A stretch of DNA of 64,000 bases from an uncultured Acidobacteriota bacterium. GTDB taxonomy: Bacteria > Acidobacteriota > Vicinamibacteria > Vicinamibacterales > CAVVIG01. Positions 1 through 12,304 of this stretch are shown piece after piece. Numbering within the stretch: position 1 is the first letter of the stretch; each line of letters begins with the position of its first letter. The translations under genes and the position numbers were made by a program. The stretch spans positions 2,071 through 66,070 of the forward strand of contig CAVRXZ010000032.1 of the NCBI GenBank assembly GCA_963725105.1, given 5' to 3'. The notes under the pieces are model-generated. The model saw only the letters and a program-made list of their open reading frames with translations. It made no database searches and had not been told where the DNA came from.

Positions 1-833
1 GCTTGTCAGTGAGCTGAGGCTCCGGCAGTCTGAAGCCGGACAATCGTCGATCAATGGCACGCGCGAGCGTGGCGAGCGCTGGCAGGTCATTGCGCGTGAT
101 GCCCGGTTGGAGTGACGCTGAGATGGTTACCCACGTGTCGCCGCGCAGGAAGGCCAGTTGGTCGATCGAATCCACGCCGCCGGCCTTCGCCCAGGCCTGT
201 TCGCCCACGCCGGGCACGTCGACGGCGGAAGTGGTCGCGCCCTTGCGGAGGTTCTGGAAGAACTGTCCCTGGTTTCGCCGGATCCGGATCGTAAGGCTGT
301 CGAGATTGCTGAGCGTGGAGCGGAACAGGCAGCCGTTGTCTCCGGCGCGCACGTCCGGACCGCCAGTTGCCGGAGCGCCGAGCAATTGGGCGGCGTCATC
401 CGGGCTGACCAGGGAGCAGGCGCCCGGTCCGCTGGGTGTGCTGGCGCTCTGCCCCTGCAGCCCAGACCCGTTTCCACGTTCCGGGGCCGAGCTTCCCGGT
501 AATGCTGAGTGAGTTGCCGTTGACGCGATAGGAGCCCGAGTCCATCCAGACGGCCGAGGCCATCGAGAACTTCCCGCCCTGCGCATCGAGGCGCCCAAGC
601 TGTCGCGGATTGGCGCCCGGACCGTGCATGCGATACACGCCGTCGGCGCGCACCGTCCAGTACAGCGCCGACCCAGGCCAATCGAGTTGCCAGGTGCCGA
701 CCAGCGCGCGGTCCACGTCGGCGGCGAGAGCGGCGGGCGCCATTGCTGTCGTGACAATGGCCACCGTGACGAACGAGGCGAGCACTCGCACGAATCGCCA
801 CGCGAGGTGGTTGGTGCTGGGGGTAGATTGCAT
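1..833 (-). pseudogene. secreted hypothetical protein (3' end beyond window start) with apparent +1 frame change near 440-470
   Basis: ATG at 833 followed by signal-like MQSTPSTNHLAWRFVRVLASFVTVAIVTTAMAPAALA. This frame stops at 396, but the neighbouring frame continues with protein-like ...GPGACSLVSPDDAAQLLGAP...LATLARAIDRRL down to position 1. Confidence 0.45.
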
Positions 834-911
834 TCCAGTCCCCTCCGATGGCGTGCAGTCTACGCCTTCTTGCTGGAGGACGATAGGAATTGTTAGCAGG
901 GGCTGCAGTCC

Positions 912-1163
912 ATGGGCATCCCCGCGCAGGTCGGGTTCCGCCTCACCAATTTGACGAACGAGGTTTTCGCCGGACGTCCCGTGATCGCCATGGTCAGGAC
1001 CGACGCACAGGGCACAAACTTCCACTGGGTGGTGATCGAGGCCATGGAGACTCGATCCGGCGTGCGAGGCTTGACGATCTACGATCCGATTGGGTTCGCC
1101 TATTGGCAGCCGCTCTCGGACTTGCAGCGATTCTTCAATGGGTTCTTTGTCCGGGCCATGTGA
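912..1163 (+). CDS. hypothetical 83-aa protein; FHWVVIEA...YDP segment faintly resembles the His/Asp half of papain-fold (C39-like) peptidases
   Basis: ORF with coding-like composition. No Cys-containing half is in frame; a QSTPSCW segment lies upstream in another frame (853-911). Confidence 0.3.
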   Translation: MGIPAQVGFRLTNLTNEVFAGRPVIAMVRTDAQGTNFHWVVIEAMETRSGVRGLTIYDPIGFAYWQPLSDLQRFFNGFFVRAM

Positions 1164-1534
1164 CCGTGCACGAGGGCTGCTCCACCGACCTGGTGGGTTC
1201 CAGGCTCGAGTGGCAGTCGACGACGACGCGATCGGCGGAAACACTCGAGACTCGGAGGCACGGGTCGCGGCGCCGTATTGACATCGACCGCTCGCGAGAG
1301 CGACGCTACTGCTGATGCTTCGCGGGCTGGCCCTGGCCGCCTCGACGACCCGACTCAGCTTTGAGACTGGCTCTTGGACATACTTCCAACCAGCTCGAGC
1401 TCTTCTATAGAAGCCACGGGTTTGTCGAGTGCCTACCATGTGGCGATTACGTCCCGGACCCGAATAGTGTCTTCATGACGCTTGAATTGCAGAGATAATC
1501 GGTGGCAGCCGTCCAGACTTAGGGAGAGTGAGCC

Positions 1535-2245
1535 ATGGCACCACTTGTCGCGGAACTTCTCGGTACGTTCTGGCTTGTTCTCGGCGGTTGCGGTAGTGCG
1601 GTCATTGCCGCAGCGTTTCCCGAGTTGGGCATTGGTTTTACGGGCGTCTCGCTCGCGTTCGGCCTCACAGTGCTGACCGGAGCCTACGCACTCGGACCGA
1701 TCTCGGGCGGTCACTTCAATCCGGCGGTATCGATCGGGCTTTGGGCCGGCGGGCGCTTTCCTGGGTCGCGGGTGCTGCCCTACGTCATCTCGCAGTTGCT
1801 GGGTGCAGTCCTCGCTGCTGGCGTGCTCTACCTGATCGCGAGCGGAAAGGCTGGCTTCGATCTGCAAGCCGGCTTCGCCTCGAACGGCTACGGCGAACAC
1901 TCGCCAGGAGGGTACGGCCTCGGTTCCGCGCTTGTCTGCGAGGTGGTGATGACATTCATGTTTCTCGCTGTCATCCTTGGTGCGACGCACGGGCGGGCAC
2001 CGACCGACTTCGCGGGGCTCGCGATCGGCCTGTGTCTCACGCTCATTCACCTCGTCAGCATCCCGGTGACGAACACGTCGGTGAATCCGGCGCGGAGCAC
2101 TGGACCGGCACTCTTCGTCGGCGGTTGGGCGCTCCAGCAGCTGTGGCTCTTCTGGGCCGCACCGATCGCCGGCGCCGTGCTCGCGGGTTGGCTCTCGCGC
2201 GTGGTGTCTCGTGGGAAGAATCTACCGCCGCTCATCGGGGGTTGA
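1535..2245 (+). CDS. aqpZ: aquaporin Z
   Basis: 236 aa, two NPA boxes ([16 protein letters not shown]), typical AqpZ N-terminus [25 protein letters not shown] Shine-Dalgarno-like sequence upstream. Confidence 0.95.
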   Translation: MAPLVAELLGTFWLVLGGCGSAVIAAAFPELGIGFTGVSLAFGLTVLTGAYALGPISGGHFNPAVSIGLWAGGRFPGSRVLPYVISQLLGAVLAAGVLYLIASGKAGFDLQAGFASNGYGEHSPGGYGLGSALVCEVVMTFMFLAVILGATHGRAPTDFAGLAIGLCLTLIHLVSIPVTNTSVNPARSTGPALFVGGWALQQLWLFWAAPIAGAVLAGWLSRVVSRGKNLPPLIGG

Positions 2246-2363
2246 TCAGCCCCCAGGGACTCTGGGAAACGCTGTCTTCCGCACGAGGCACGGTGCACGG
2301 TCAACCGTCGCCCTCGCGTCCTACACCGATATGGAAGACGCTCTCATCCTGTTTCCGCCAACA

Positions 2364-4561
<2,198 letters not shown>

Positions 4562-4662
4562 TTTTCTCTCCGATCCTGGTTTGTGTTTTTGACCCGTTCC
4601 GACAGGCTGACGCTTCGGCGCCTCTAAATCAACTTGGCCTTGTTGCCACCGTCGGAAATCGC

Positions 4663-5238
4663 TTAGACGAGCGAGTATAGCCTTTGATGAGACGGCCGAC
4701 TACGGCGATCGTAGTAGTCTGAAATCGGATAGCGGCTATTAATCTCCTCGAAGCCGATCACATATACCCCGGTCGTCGCTTCCAGTTCGTCACGGGCGCT
4801 CGTTTCCATCGTCGCCAGGAGCGTGCGAATGTCCGGCCTCGAAGCCCCTTGCGTCGAAGGAGGGCAGAAGACCACGACGAACTCCGCCGGAGAAACTGAG
4901 GCGCACGTGCTGACCGCCCGAGCGAAATCGAGCGCGTTTGTTTCCGCTTCCCGCTGCGCCTGGTCCGGCGGGATTTCGCCCCTCTTGCTCAACCAATCCT
5001 CGAGACGGACGAGCAGGATGTTGATTCCCTGAGGATTCCCGGAAACGAGACTCGTTGGATCGAGCAGTTGCTGCATCACCTGGCCGTACGGCGCAAAGCG
5101 GATCTGCGCGGGCATCCCGAGTTCCTGCATCCAGAAGGAAATGACCGGTTCGATCGGCTCTGCAGTGAACGTCGCAGACACGACCAGATTGAGGACTTCC
5201 GCGCCCGGGTTCGATGGATCGTCATCCATGGTTGTCAC
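4663..5238 (-). CDS. stand-alone or truncated N-terminal domain resembling FkbH-like / HAD-IIIC family proteins
   Basis: 191 aa; [43 protein letters not shown] matches my recollection of the FkbH-like N-terminal region. No HAD or acyltransferase part follows before katG. Confidence 0.4.
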   Translation of the reverse strand: MTTMDDDPSNPGAEVLNLVVSATFTAEPIEPVISFWMQELGMPAQIRFAPYGQVMQQLLDPTSLVSGNPQGINILLVRLEDWLSKRGEIPPDQAQREAETNALDFARAVSTCASVSPAEFVVVFCPPSTQGASRPDIRTLLATMETSARDELEATTGVYVIGFEEINSRYPISDYYDRRSRPSHQRLYSLV

Positions 5239-5263
5239 CGCCCGGCTTCGAGAGTTTCATGCC

Positions 5264-6934
5264 TCAACAGATGCGAGCGCCGGCGAGGCAGGAAGAAATA
5301 CCGCTCGCCTCGAGCTGAGAAAGAGTGAGAATTCTCCCGGCGCAACCCGAAATGACTTTGACGTGAAAGCCGTCGGCCGTGCTGCCCGGCACCAGAGCGA
5401 AGACGTCATTGTGCGCGTCGCGTCCATCGCCGGTCCATGCTTTCAAAGTAGCTCGGTCGCGCCACCCCTTTGGCACCACCGCCAGCCAGCACTGATACGT
5501 TTCGGGGCCTGTCTCCAGTGCCAGCAAGGCGTGCGGCTTCACCCGCTCCAAGTCCGACGCGTCGAGCGCGTCCAGGCGGACCAGAGTCGTCGTCTCGACT
5601 TCCTCAGCAAGGGGTCGAAGCCGCAGCGTCTGTCGCTCCCTCTCAGACTCTTCGAGCAGCCTGGGTAGCTCGCCGAAAAGGCGCTGCGGATCGAGATGCG
5701 AGCCGAGTTCGAGAACACTGCCGTGTTGGTCGACTGCCGATAGATCGAAATAGTGCCGGTCAACAGTTTCGAAGAGTGCAATAACCAACTGCGCCTGCTC
5801 TTCGGGAGAACCGGGATTGGAAGGGATTTCCAGACCAGCTATGAGCCTTCGCTGCGCACGGGTCCATCGCAGAAAGGTGTCCCCGCGATCCAGATCCGCA
5901 TCGTCTTTGAAGAAGCGGACGAACGACATGCCCCACTTCTCGCAGAAATGGTCTGTCGTGGAACGGTTCCAGGCCTCGCTCCACCGCAACATGAAATACG
6001 GAAGGTCCCACCACTCACACGGAGGCGGTGGGACGTACGAGGTTATCGCCGTGGGTTCCACGTATACGAGTCCGCCTGCCTGACGAACCCGCATGCAGAA
6101 ATCAATGTGCTCGTGATGACAGAGCAGATTCTCGTCGAGGAGACCCACCTGCTCGAACGCAGACATGCGCGCGAGCATGCAGTGGAACTCCACGTAATCC
6201 CACGTCCTTCTCTCCCGAGGAAGGTTCTTCGACGAGGCGGATGATTCGAAGAGGTGGTGCTGATCTTGGAGAAAGCGGCGGCCTCGATGTTCGCGAATCT
6301 CCAGCTGTCCACCGGCCATGTGGATCTTGTCGCCGATCAGGTAGACCGGGCCGACGATCCAGGCCTGCGTTTCTTCGGCGCAGCGAACCAGGGCTTCGAG
6401 CCAGCCAGGCGTCACGAGGGCGTCGTTGTCCAGAAAGACGACGTAGTGGCTCCTGACGGCTTGCAGACCCACATTTCGAGCCTGATTGGGGGAAAGATAG
6501 CGATCGACGCTGACTGAATCGAACCCCCGCTCATCGGCCTCCTTTTCCAGAAGGCGTCGGACCGGCCCCGGCGCCCCGGCACTGACCCAGACGAGGCGGA
6601 AGGGGGCGGGCGTGTTTTCGTAGATACTGGCAAGGGTGCGCTCGGTGTGGCTGAAACGCTCTCGTGGCGCCACGACAATGGTGACGCCTGAATCTGGCTG
6701 GGCCGCTTCGCCCGCTCGAGGTGCCGGGATGTGATTGATGGTCAACGGCATCCGCCGAGCAAGGTAAGTGCCATCTGATCGCTGCCGCTTCGTGCGTCCA
6801 GCTAACAGACCCACCCGCCGTAAGCTGTGGTTGTGACGTAAACAAAGCCAGAAATAGTCGGCACTTTCGGGCATTTTGGTGGCCTGCCGCCGAAAGGATC
6901 GCAGGGGAAGCGGTAAAATGCGTTGGTTCAGCAC
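5264..6934 (-). CDS. family 2 glycosyltransferase fused to a C-terminal RepB-primase-like domain
   Basis: GT2 core VTIVVAPRERFSHTERTLASI...VVFLDNDALVTPGWLEAL. C-terminal 165-180 aa contains FDLSAVD...LRLRP...LVRLDALD...ETGPETYQCW. The true start could be 6934, 6874 or 6751. Confidence 0.7.
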   Translation of the reverse strand: MLNQRILPLPLRSFRRQATKMPESADYFWLCLRHNHSLRRVGLLAGRTKRQRSDGTYLARRMPLTINHIPAPRAGEAAQPDSGVTIVVAPRERFSHTERTLASIYENTPAPFRLVWVSAGAPGPVRRLLEKEADERGFDSVSVDRYLSPNQARNVGLQAVRSHYVVFLDNDALVTPGWLEALVRCAEETQAWIVGPVYLIGDKIHMAGGQLEIREHRGRRFLQDQHHLFESSASSKNLPRERRTWDYVEFHCMLARMSAFEQVGLLDENLLCHHEHIDFCMRVRQAGGLVYVEPTAITSYVPPPPCEWWDLPYFMLRWSEAWNRSTTDHFCEKWGMSFVRFFKDDADLDRGDTFLRWTRAQRRLIAGLEIPSNPGSPEEQAQLVIALFETVDRHYFDLSAVDQHGSVLELGSHLDPQRLFGELPRLLEESERERQTLRLRPLAEEVETTTLVRLDALDASDLERVKPHALLALETGPETYQCWLAVVPKGWRDRATLKAWTGDGRDAHNDVFALVPGSTADGFHVKVISGCAGRILTLSQLEASGISSCLAGARIC

Positions 6935-6953
6935 TAAGGGAGGTCAAGCTGCC

Positions 6954-7583
6954 ATGCACTTAGGGACACTCTCGCGGGCGTTTCTCTTGGCGTTCGCGGT
7001 GGTTCTGCCACTCGAGGCACAGATCAACCAAAGACCGCTCACCGTAACCAGCTCCGGTGGACCCATCTTCGTCATTCCGGACGAGCATCGCACGCCGTTG
7101 ACCGTCGTCAAGGACGGCACCCCGCTTAGGGTGATTGGAATCGATGGCGACTGGTACAACGTGGAGTTTGCCGATGACCGCTTCGGCGATCGTGCGGGCT
7201 ACATACAGACAAAGAATCTCAAACTTGAACCGCCTGCCGGGCTTGATCGCAGAATTCCCGTCTTCGTGAGGAATGGAGTCCAGCAGGTCACACGTCCGAA
7301 CAGCGAGCGGCAGAATTCAGCGAGTGACCTGGTCAAGAAGTTGAAAGATTCGAAGTCGGTGCGTCAGGTCGATTCCGAAAACGAAGCGAGCGTCATCCTC
7401 GAGATCATGGACACGAGTCACCTTGCTGTTCGAATGATCGCAGGCGATTACTCGGCCGTCCTTCCTAGCGAGAGTGCCTCGAAGAACGCCATCGGGGATG
7501 GAGACCTTCCTGGACAGATTGTGAAGCAGTTGGAAACCTGGGCAAAAGCCAACCCCGATCGGCTCACCGCACCCAAGCGATAG
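6954..7583 (+). CDS. secreted SH3b-domain protein
   Basis: AAGGGAGG SD at 6936-6943, signal peptide MHLGTLSRAFLLAFAVVLPLEAQ, SH3-like LRVIGIDGDWYNVEFADDRFGDRAGYIQTKNL. Confidence 0.7.
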   Translation: MHLGTLSRAFLLAFAVVLPLEAQINQRPLTVTSSGGPIFVIPDEHRTPLTVVKDGTPLRVIGIDGDWYNVEFADDRFGDRAGYIQTKNLKLEPPAGLDRRIPVFVRNGVQQVTRPNSERQNSASDLVKKLKDSKSVRQVDSENEASVILEIMDTSHLAVRMIAGDYSAVLPSESASKNAIGDGDLPGQIVKQLETWAKANPDRLTAPKR

Positions 7584-7638
7584 CTATCGGATCGCGTTGC
7601 AGTTGTCGTGCTTTTCTCTCAAAAGAGCCGGGGGGAGC

Positions 7639-7670
7639 GGCGGACGGGCGCCATACGCGCCTCGTCCGCC
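7639..7670. terminator. GC-rich hairpin between convergent genes (possible bidirectional terminator)
   Basis: GGCGGACGGGCGC-ccatac-GCGCCTCGTCCGCC: 13-bp stem with one bulge, no clear U-run. Confidence 0.45.
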
Positions 7671-7704
7671 TCGGCAGATGAACCTGGCGGGATGTAAGAA
7701 AGAA

Positions 7705-9038
7705 TTACTGCGTGTCGTCGTTGACTAGCCGCGTCGTCGTAAGCGAGATTGCGACCTGCTTGAAGATCGTTGTCAGGTCTCCAGCGGTCGGCTGGTTGTA
7801 GAACTTCGAGTTGTCCGAAGCGATCTGCTGCATCGTCTGCAGCGGGGTAATGCCGGTGTCGTTGGTGCACCCACTCGAGCCAGCGCCATAGGCGATGGAG
7901 TAGACCCAGGTCCCCGTCCCGGCCGCCGCATGCGCCGCGGTCACGCCGGCGTGGCAGGGCGAAGACACCCCGCCATAGTTCGCGTCCCCGTCGCTCAGCA
8001 GAATGATCACGTTCTGCACATTCGACGCGTCCCGTTGACATCAGCGTGCTCTGCGCCTGCGTGATCGCGTCGGCGAAGTAGGTGCCCTGTCCACCCGGAC
8101 TTTCGAGGCCGTAGGCCCTGCTGCTGCAGCCGACGCCGCTGCTCCAGTCAACGTCTTCACGAGGTCCGAGTTCGCACCGTTCAGCGAGCCGCTGCTGGAC
8201 GATGTCTTGTAGTCGCTCGAGAGCGGAACGATGTTGTAGTTCGGTGACGAGCCATACGCCGCCAAGATCGCTCTTGGCCAAATCGTTCGAGCAATTGAAG
8301 TCCCTCGACACCGACGTGCTCGACCCGAGACCCGGAAACACCATGAGGCCCAGCTCGTCAACCGCCTTGGACACGTTGCCGTTCGTCACGGTTCCGCAGC
8401 TCGTGGAGACTCGGCGGGCAGGGCCACAGTGCGCCGACGAGCGCACGCATACCGGCCAGCGCGCAGTCGAGACGAGTCGGGTTCGAGATGCCGGACACGA
8501 CGGCGCTGCAGCTGTTGTTCATCGACGCGGTTGTGTCCACGACCAGCATGATGTCGAGCGGCGTTGGAATGCCGCCTTTGGCACTCGCCGTCGCGGTCGC
8601 CTTCACGTTCATGGTCGACCAGCCGACGACACGGCTGAAGAACAGGGGAACCGTCGCAACCTGCCGGACAACGATGGCGTTGACCGGATTACAGGGAACG
8701 CCGGTGGTGCTGAGACACTTCGTGACTGGATAACCGGCGTCCATCGTCACCACCGGCTTCCCCGGGTACGTGTTCTTGGCGCCCGAAATGCCGCTGAAGT
8801 TGTTCGCGGTGGAGATGGCGGTGGGGGAATCAGGAAGCAACTGTGCACCTGCGAGCGCAGCTGCGTCAGAGGACGCCTGCAGCTCCCGCCGCATCTGGAG
8901 AATCGTCGCCATGTCGAGCGCGAATCCGGTCAACGCAAAGAGCGCGATGAGTGCGACACCCACGAATACGAGTGTCTGGCCCTCGCTCGTCACGCCGCAG
9001 CCGATGGTGAAACGATTCTCTGGTCTCTCATTCCACAC
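7705..9038 (-). pseudogene. TadG-like pilus-assembly protein with vWA domain, at least four frame changes
   Basis: N-terminal TadE/G-like TM (GQTLVFVGVALIALFALTGFALDMATI), vWA start LDIMLVVDTTASMN. Continuation is scattered over frames: LGLMVFPGLGSS, YGSSPNYNIVPLSSDY, GGQGTYFADAITQAQSTL, VIILLSDGDANYGG. Confidence 0.7.
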
Positions 9039-9469
9039 GCTCCGTGGTGGATGCTTTGAGCAGGCAGCCGTTTGGCGCGAAGTTGATACCCATGATGGTG
9101 AGGTCGCACGGATAGGTTGCGGACAGCGTCGCGTCGGATCCTTCAGTCAGGTTGGTGCAGTTGGCCGCCACCGTCGTCGTGACGCTCAGACTGGCCTGTG
9201 TCAGGGTCGGCGTCGACTTCTTCAGCGCCGCCACGCCAAGCGCGCACGCGTCGGTGTCTCGGCGCGCGGCTGATCGACAGCACGCGTGCACCGGCACGCA
9301 CGCCGTCTGTGAGCATCACCCAGTTGTTGTAGACGATGCCCACCTGCATGATGCCGAGCGTGATCATCAGGAGCAGCGGAAACACCAGCCCGAACTCGAT
9401 AAGATTGGCTCCCCGCTCGTCGCGCAGCCGGTTCGTTCTGGACCTGCTTGTCATTGCCAAAGTCTTCAT
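9028..9469 (-). pseudogene. TadE-like pilus-assembly protein, one frame change near 9261-9270
   Basis: ERGANLIEFGLVFPLLLMITLGIMQ TadE N-terminal motif. The C-terminal half continues in ORF 9028-9297. Span mod 3 = 1. Confidence 0.65.
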
Positions 9470-9761
9470 GTCTTCACACCTGTCAGACAAAATCCGAACA
9501 CCAAAGCGATCTATCGGTTGGGATAGCAAAGACCGCGCCCGTTCACCTGGCCCGAACAGAGAGGTTAAGTGACGCATCTGCGCAGGGCGGCGTCTCGCCG
9601 TTCGACGCGCCGCTCCAGAAGTCGGAGTTTCTTGAAACTTTTGTTGAAAAGTCTGTCGACAAGCGGATGGTTAGGCTGACTTCGGCGGCCTGTCCAGGGC
9701 TGTGCAGTCGTGTGCAGAAAACCGTGAAGCCGGCTATTGTTACAAGTATCGGATTTTCGCC

Positions 9762-11027
9762 ATGAGCGATCTTGAGAGAACCCTTGAGGCTTACGGGCGG
9801 CTCGCCGTCAAAGTCGGCCTCAATCTGCAGCCCGGACAGCGGCTCCTCATCATCGGCCCGCTGGCGAGTGGCGGCGCATCACTGGAAGCCGCGCCGCTTG
9901 TACGATGCATCGCGGCAAGCGCCTACGAAGCGGGTGCTCCTCTTGTCGAGACGCTGTGGGGAGACGAGGCGCTCCAGGTCGCGCGATTCGCACAGGCCCC
10001 GCACGATTCGTTTGGTGAAGTGTCCGCGTGGCTTCCGCGCGCTCTGGCCGAGCACGTCGAAGCTGGAAACGCGATCATTTCGGTGTATGCGAACGATCCG
10101 GACCTGTTGAGAGACCAGCCTGCGGAGCGTGTGGGAACGGTGCAACAGGCAATTTCGCGAAGTGTCCGGCCATTTCGCGAAATGATCTCGCGCAATCAGA
10201 CCAACTGGTCGGTCGTCGCCGCGGCCGGCGAGGGCTGGGCCGCCAAGGTCTACCCGACCCTGCCGCCTGCAGAGCGGATGTCCCGGCTCTGGCAGGCGAT
10301 CGGGCGCTTCTGCCGGCTGGACCAGCCGGATCCGATCGCCGCCTGGGCGCAACACCTCGCGGCGCTCGACGCCCGAAGCGAGCATCTGAATCGGCGGCAG
10401 TACACGGCGCTGCGGTATACCGGGCCAGGCACGAATCTGACAATCGGTCTGCCGACGGGGCACGTGTGGGTGAGCGGCCAGTCGACCACTCGGTCGGGCA
10501 TTACGTTTACCGCAAACATGCCGACCGAAGAGGTGTTCACGATGCCGCACAAGGACCGCGTCGACGGAACGGTCACCTCAACCAAGCCTCTCAGTTACGG
10601 TGGCACCATGATTGAGGATTTCAGGTTGCGCTTCGCCGAGGGCCGGGTCGTTGAGGTGGCCGCCGCGCGCGGCGAGGACGTGCTGCGGCAGCTCGTCGGC
10701 ACCGACGAAGGAGCGGCGCGGCTCGGCGAGATCGCGCTCGTACCGTACAGCTCGCCGATTTCCCAGTCGGGCCTGCTCTTTTACAACACACTCTTCGACG
10801 AAAACGCCGCAAGCCACGTCGCCCTGGGCACCGCCTACAAGTTCACGATGCGGAATACGGACGGAATGAGCGATGAGGCGTTCGAGGCAGCCGGCGGCAA
10901 CCGCAGCGCGATTCACGTCGATTTCATGATCGGCTCGGCCGACCTGGACATCGACGGTGTTCTCCCGGAAGGCACATCAGAAGCCCTCATGCGCCGGGGC
11001 GAGTGGCAATCGACGCTGGCTCGCTGA
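9762..11027 (+). CDS. M29 family aminopeptidase (AmpS/PepS-like)
   Basis: MSDLERTLEAYGRLAVKVGLNLQPGQRLLI..., conserved EVFTMP, NTLFDENAASHVALG, HVDFMIG blocks. Confidence 0.85.
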   Translation: MSDLERTLEAYGRLAVKVGLNLQPGQRLLIIGPLASGGASLEAAPLVRCIAASAYEAGAPLVETLWGDEALQVARFAQAPHDSFGEVSAWLPRALAEHVEAGNAIISVYANDPDLLRDQPAERVGTVQQAISRSVRPFREMISRNQTNWSVVAAAGEGWAAKVYPTLPPAERMSRLWQAIGRFCRLDQPDPIAAWAQHLAALDARSEHLNRRQYTALRYTGPGTNLTIGLPTGHVWVSGQSTTRSGITFTANMPTEEVFTMPHKDRVDGTVTSTKPLSYGGTMIEDFRLRFAEGRVVEVAAARGEDVLRQLVGTDEGAARLGEIALVPYSSPISQSGLLFYNTLFDENAASHVALGTAYKFTMRNTDGMSDEAFEAAGGNRSAIHVDFMIGSADLDIDGVLPEGTSEALMRRGEWQSTLAR

Positions 11028-11028
11028 C

Positions 11029-12288
11029 GTGCGTTTGAACACACACGAGCCCCGGCGTCCCGCTGGTACTCGCCTTCCGTTCGCGATGGCGATAGCAGGC
11101 TGCATGACGTGCCACCTGGTCGCAGCCCAGCAGCCGGTTGTCCCGACGCCACTGACCTACGATTCAGCGCTTGCGCTGGCGGCCGCCCGCAATCTCGGTC
11201 TCGAGGCCACACGCCGCCAGCGGGCGGTTCGAGAAGCAGCCGTCAAGGCCGCCGGCCAGATTCCCAATCCTGACTTCGCCTTCGAGGTGTCGCGTGACAC
11301 GCCGCACGAGGTCGTCGGTTTCAATGTGCCAGTCGAAATCGGTGGAAAGAGATCCCGACGCCAGGACCTCGCACGTGAAGAGCTGATACTTGCTGACGTC
11401 GATGTCCAGGGCGAGCTGGCCGTCCTTCGGCGCAACGTCCGCCAATCGTTCTACTCCTTGATTGCGGCAGATCAGCAAGCCGAGCTCGCGCAAAGCATGC
11501 TCGACGTCGCCCGGCGTGTACGCGAGGCGGCCCAGGCTCGCTTTGACGCCGGCGCGACGCCCCGGCTCGACGTGCTGCAAGCCGATCTCGGAGTCACGCG
11601 TATGGAAATCGATCTCGAGCAGGTCCGAGCCGTTCGTGTGTCTGCGCAGACCAGCTTGAGCGCCGCCTTGAACCTGCCACCGCAGCAGCCGCTGGTCGTC
11701 ACGGGTGACCTGAGCGATCACAGCGCAGCGCCGTCCTATGAACGCGCTCTGGCGATGGCGACCGCCTCCAACGTCGACCTGGCGCGGCTGGATCGGGAGA
11801 TTTCGGTCGAGCAGCGGCGCGTGGAGCTTCTGCGGGCCGAGCGGATGCCGACGCCCGTGTTCTCGATCGGCGGACTCTTCAACTCGCCCGAGTTCGGCGC
11901 CGGAATGAGCGGTGGCGTCGGTATCGGCCTGCCGCTTTTCAGCCGCAACCAGGGCGAGATTGCCGGGTCAATCGCCAGAGCATCACAGCTTCGAGCCGAA
12001 CGGGACGCCAGAAGCCGGGTGCTCGAAAACGAAGTATTCGGGATCCTGGCCCGGATCGAGGCCCGGCGAAAGCAGGCGGAGTCTTATACGAATCAGCTCG
12101 TGCCGACGGCAACGACGCTCGAGTCGCTGGCGGAGGAAAGCTATCGGGCGGGTCGGACGTCGGTCCTGGCGGTCTTCGATGCCCAGCGCAGCCTGCGCGA
12201 CTTGCGGCGTGACAGCCTGCTGGCAGCCCTCGAGCTTCAGCTTTTGCTGGCCGACCTGGAGGTGCTTCTTGGAACGCCGCTTCCCTGA
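11029..12288 (+). CDS. TolC-family outer membrane efflux protein (CzcC-like position)
   Basis: Two-repeat OMF architecture, first gene of C-B-A ordered efflux operon. Start uncertain (GTG 11029 or ATG 11086). Confidence 0.8.
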   Translation: MRLNTHEPRRPAGTRLPFAMAIAGCMTCHLVAAQQPVVPTPLTYDSALALAAARNLGLEATRRQRAVREAAVKAAGQIPNPDFAFEVSRDTPHEVVGFNVPVEIGGKRSRRQDLAREELILADVDVQGELAVLRRNVRQSFYSLIAADQQAELAQSMLDVARRVREAAQARFDAGATPRLDVLQADLGVTRMEIDLEQVRAVRVSAQTSLSAALNLPPQQPLVVTGDLSDHSAAPSYERALAMATASNVDLARLDREISVEQRRVELLRAERMPTPVFSIGGLFNSPEFGAGMSGGVGIGLPLFSRNQGEIAGSIARASQLRAERDARSRVLENEVFGILARIEARRKQAESYTNQLVPTATTLESLAEESYRAGRTSVLAVFDAQRSLRDLRRDSLLAALELQLLLADLEVLLGTPLP

Positions 12289-12304
12289 AACCGCCTTCGC
12301 GACA

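Noticed and set aside
396-1439. 347-aa minus-strand ORF as a single gene
   Set aside because: Only the last 146 codons (from ATG 833) look like protein, with a signal peptide followed by beta-rich sequence. The upstream 200 codons are low-complexity Arg/Ser/Pro and overlap a plus-strand ORF.
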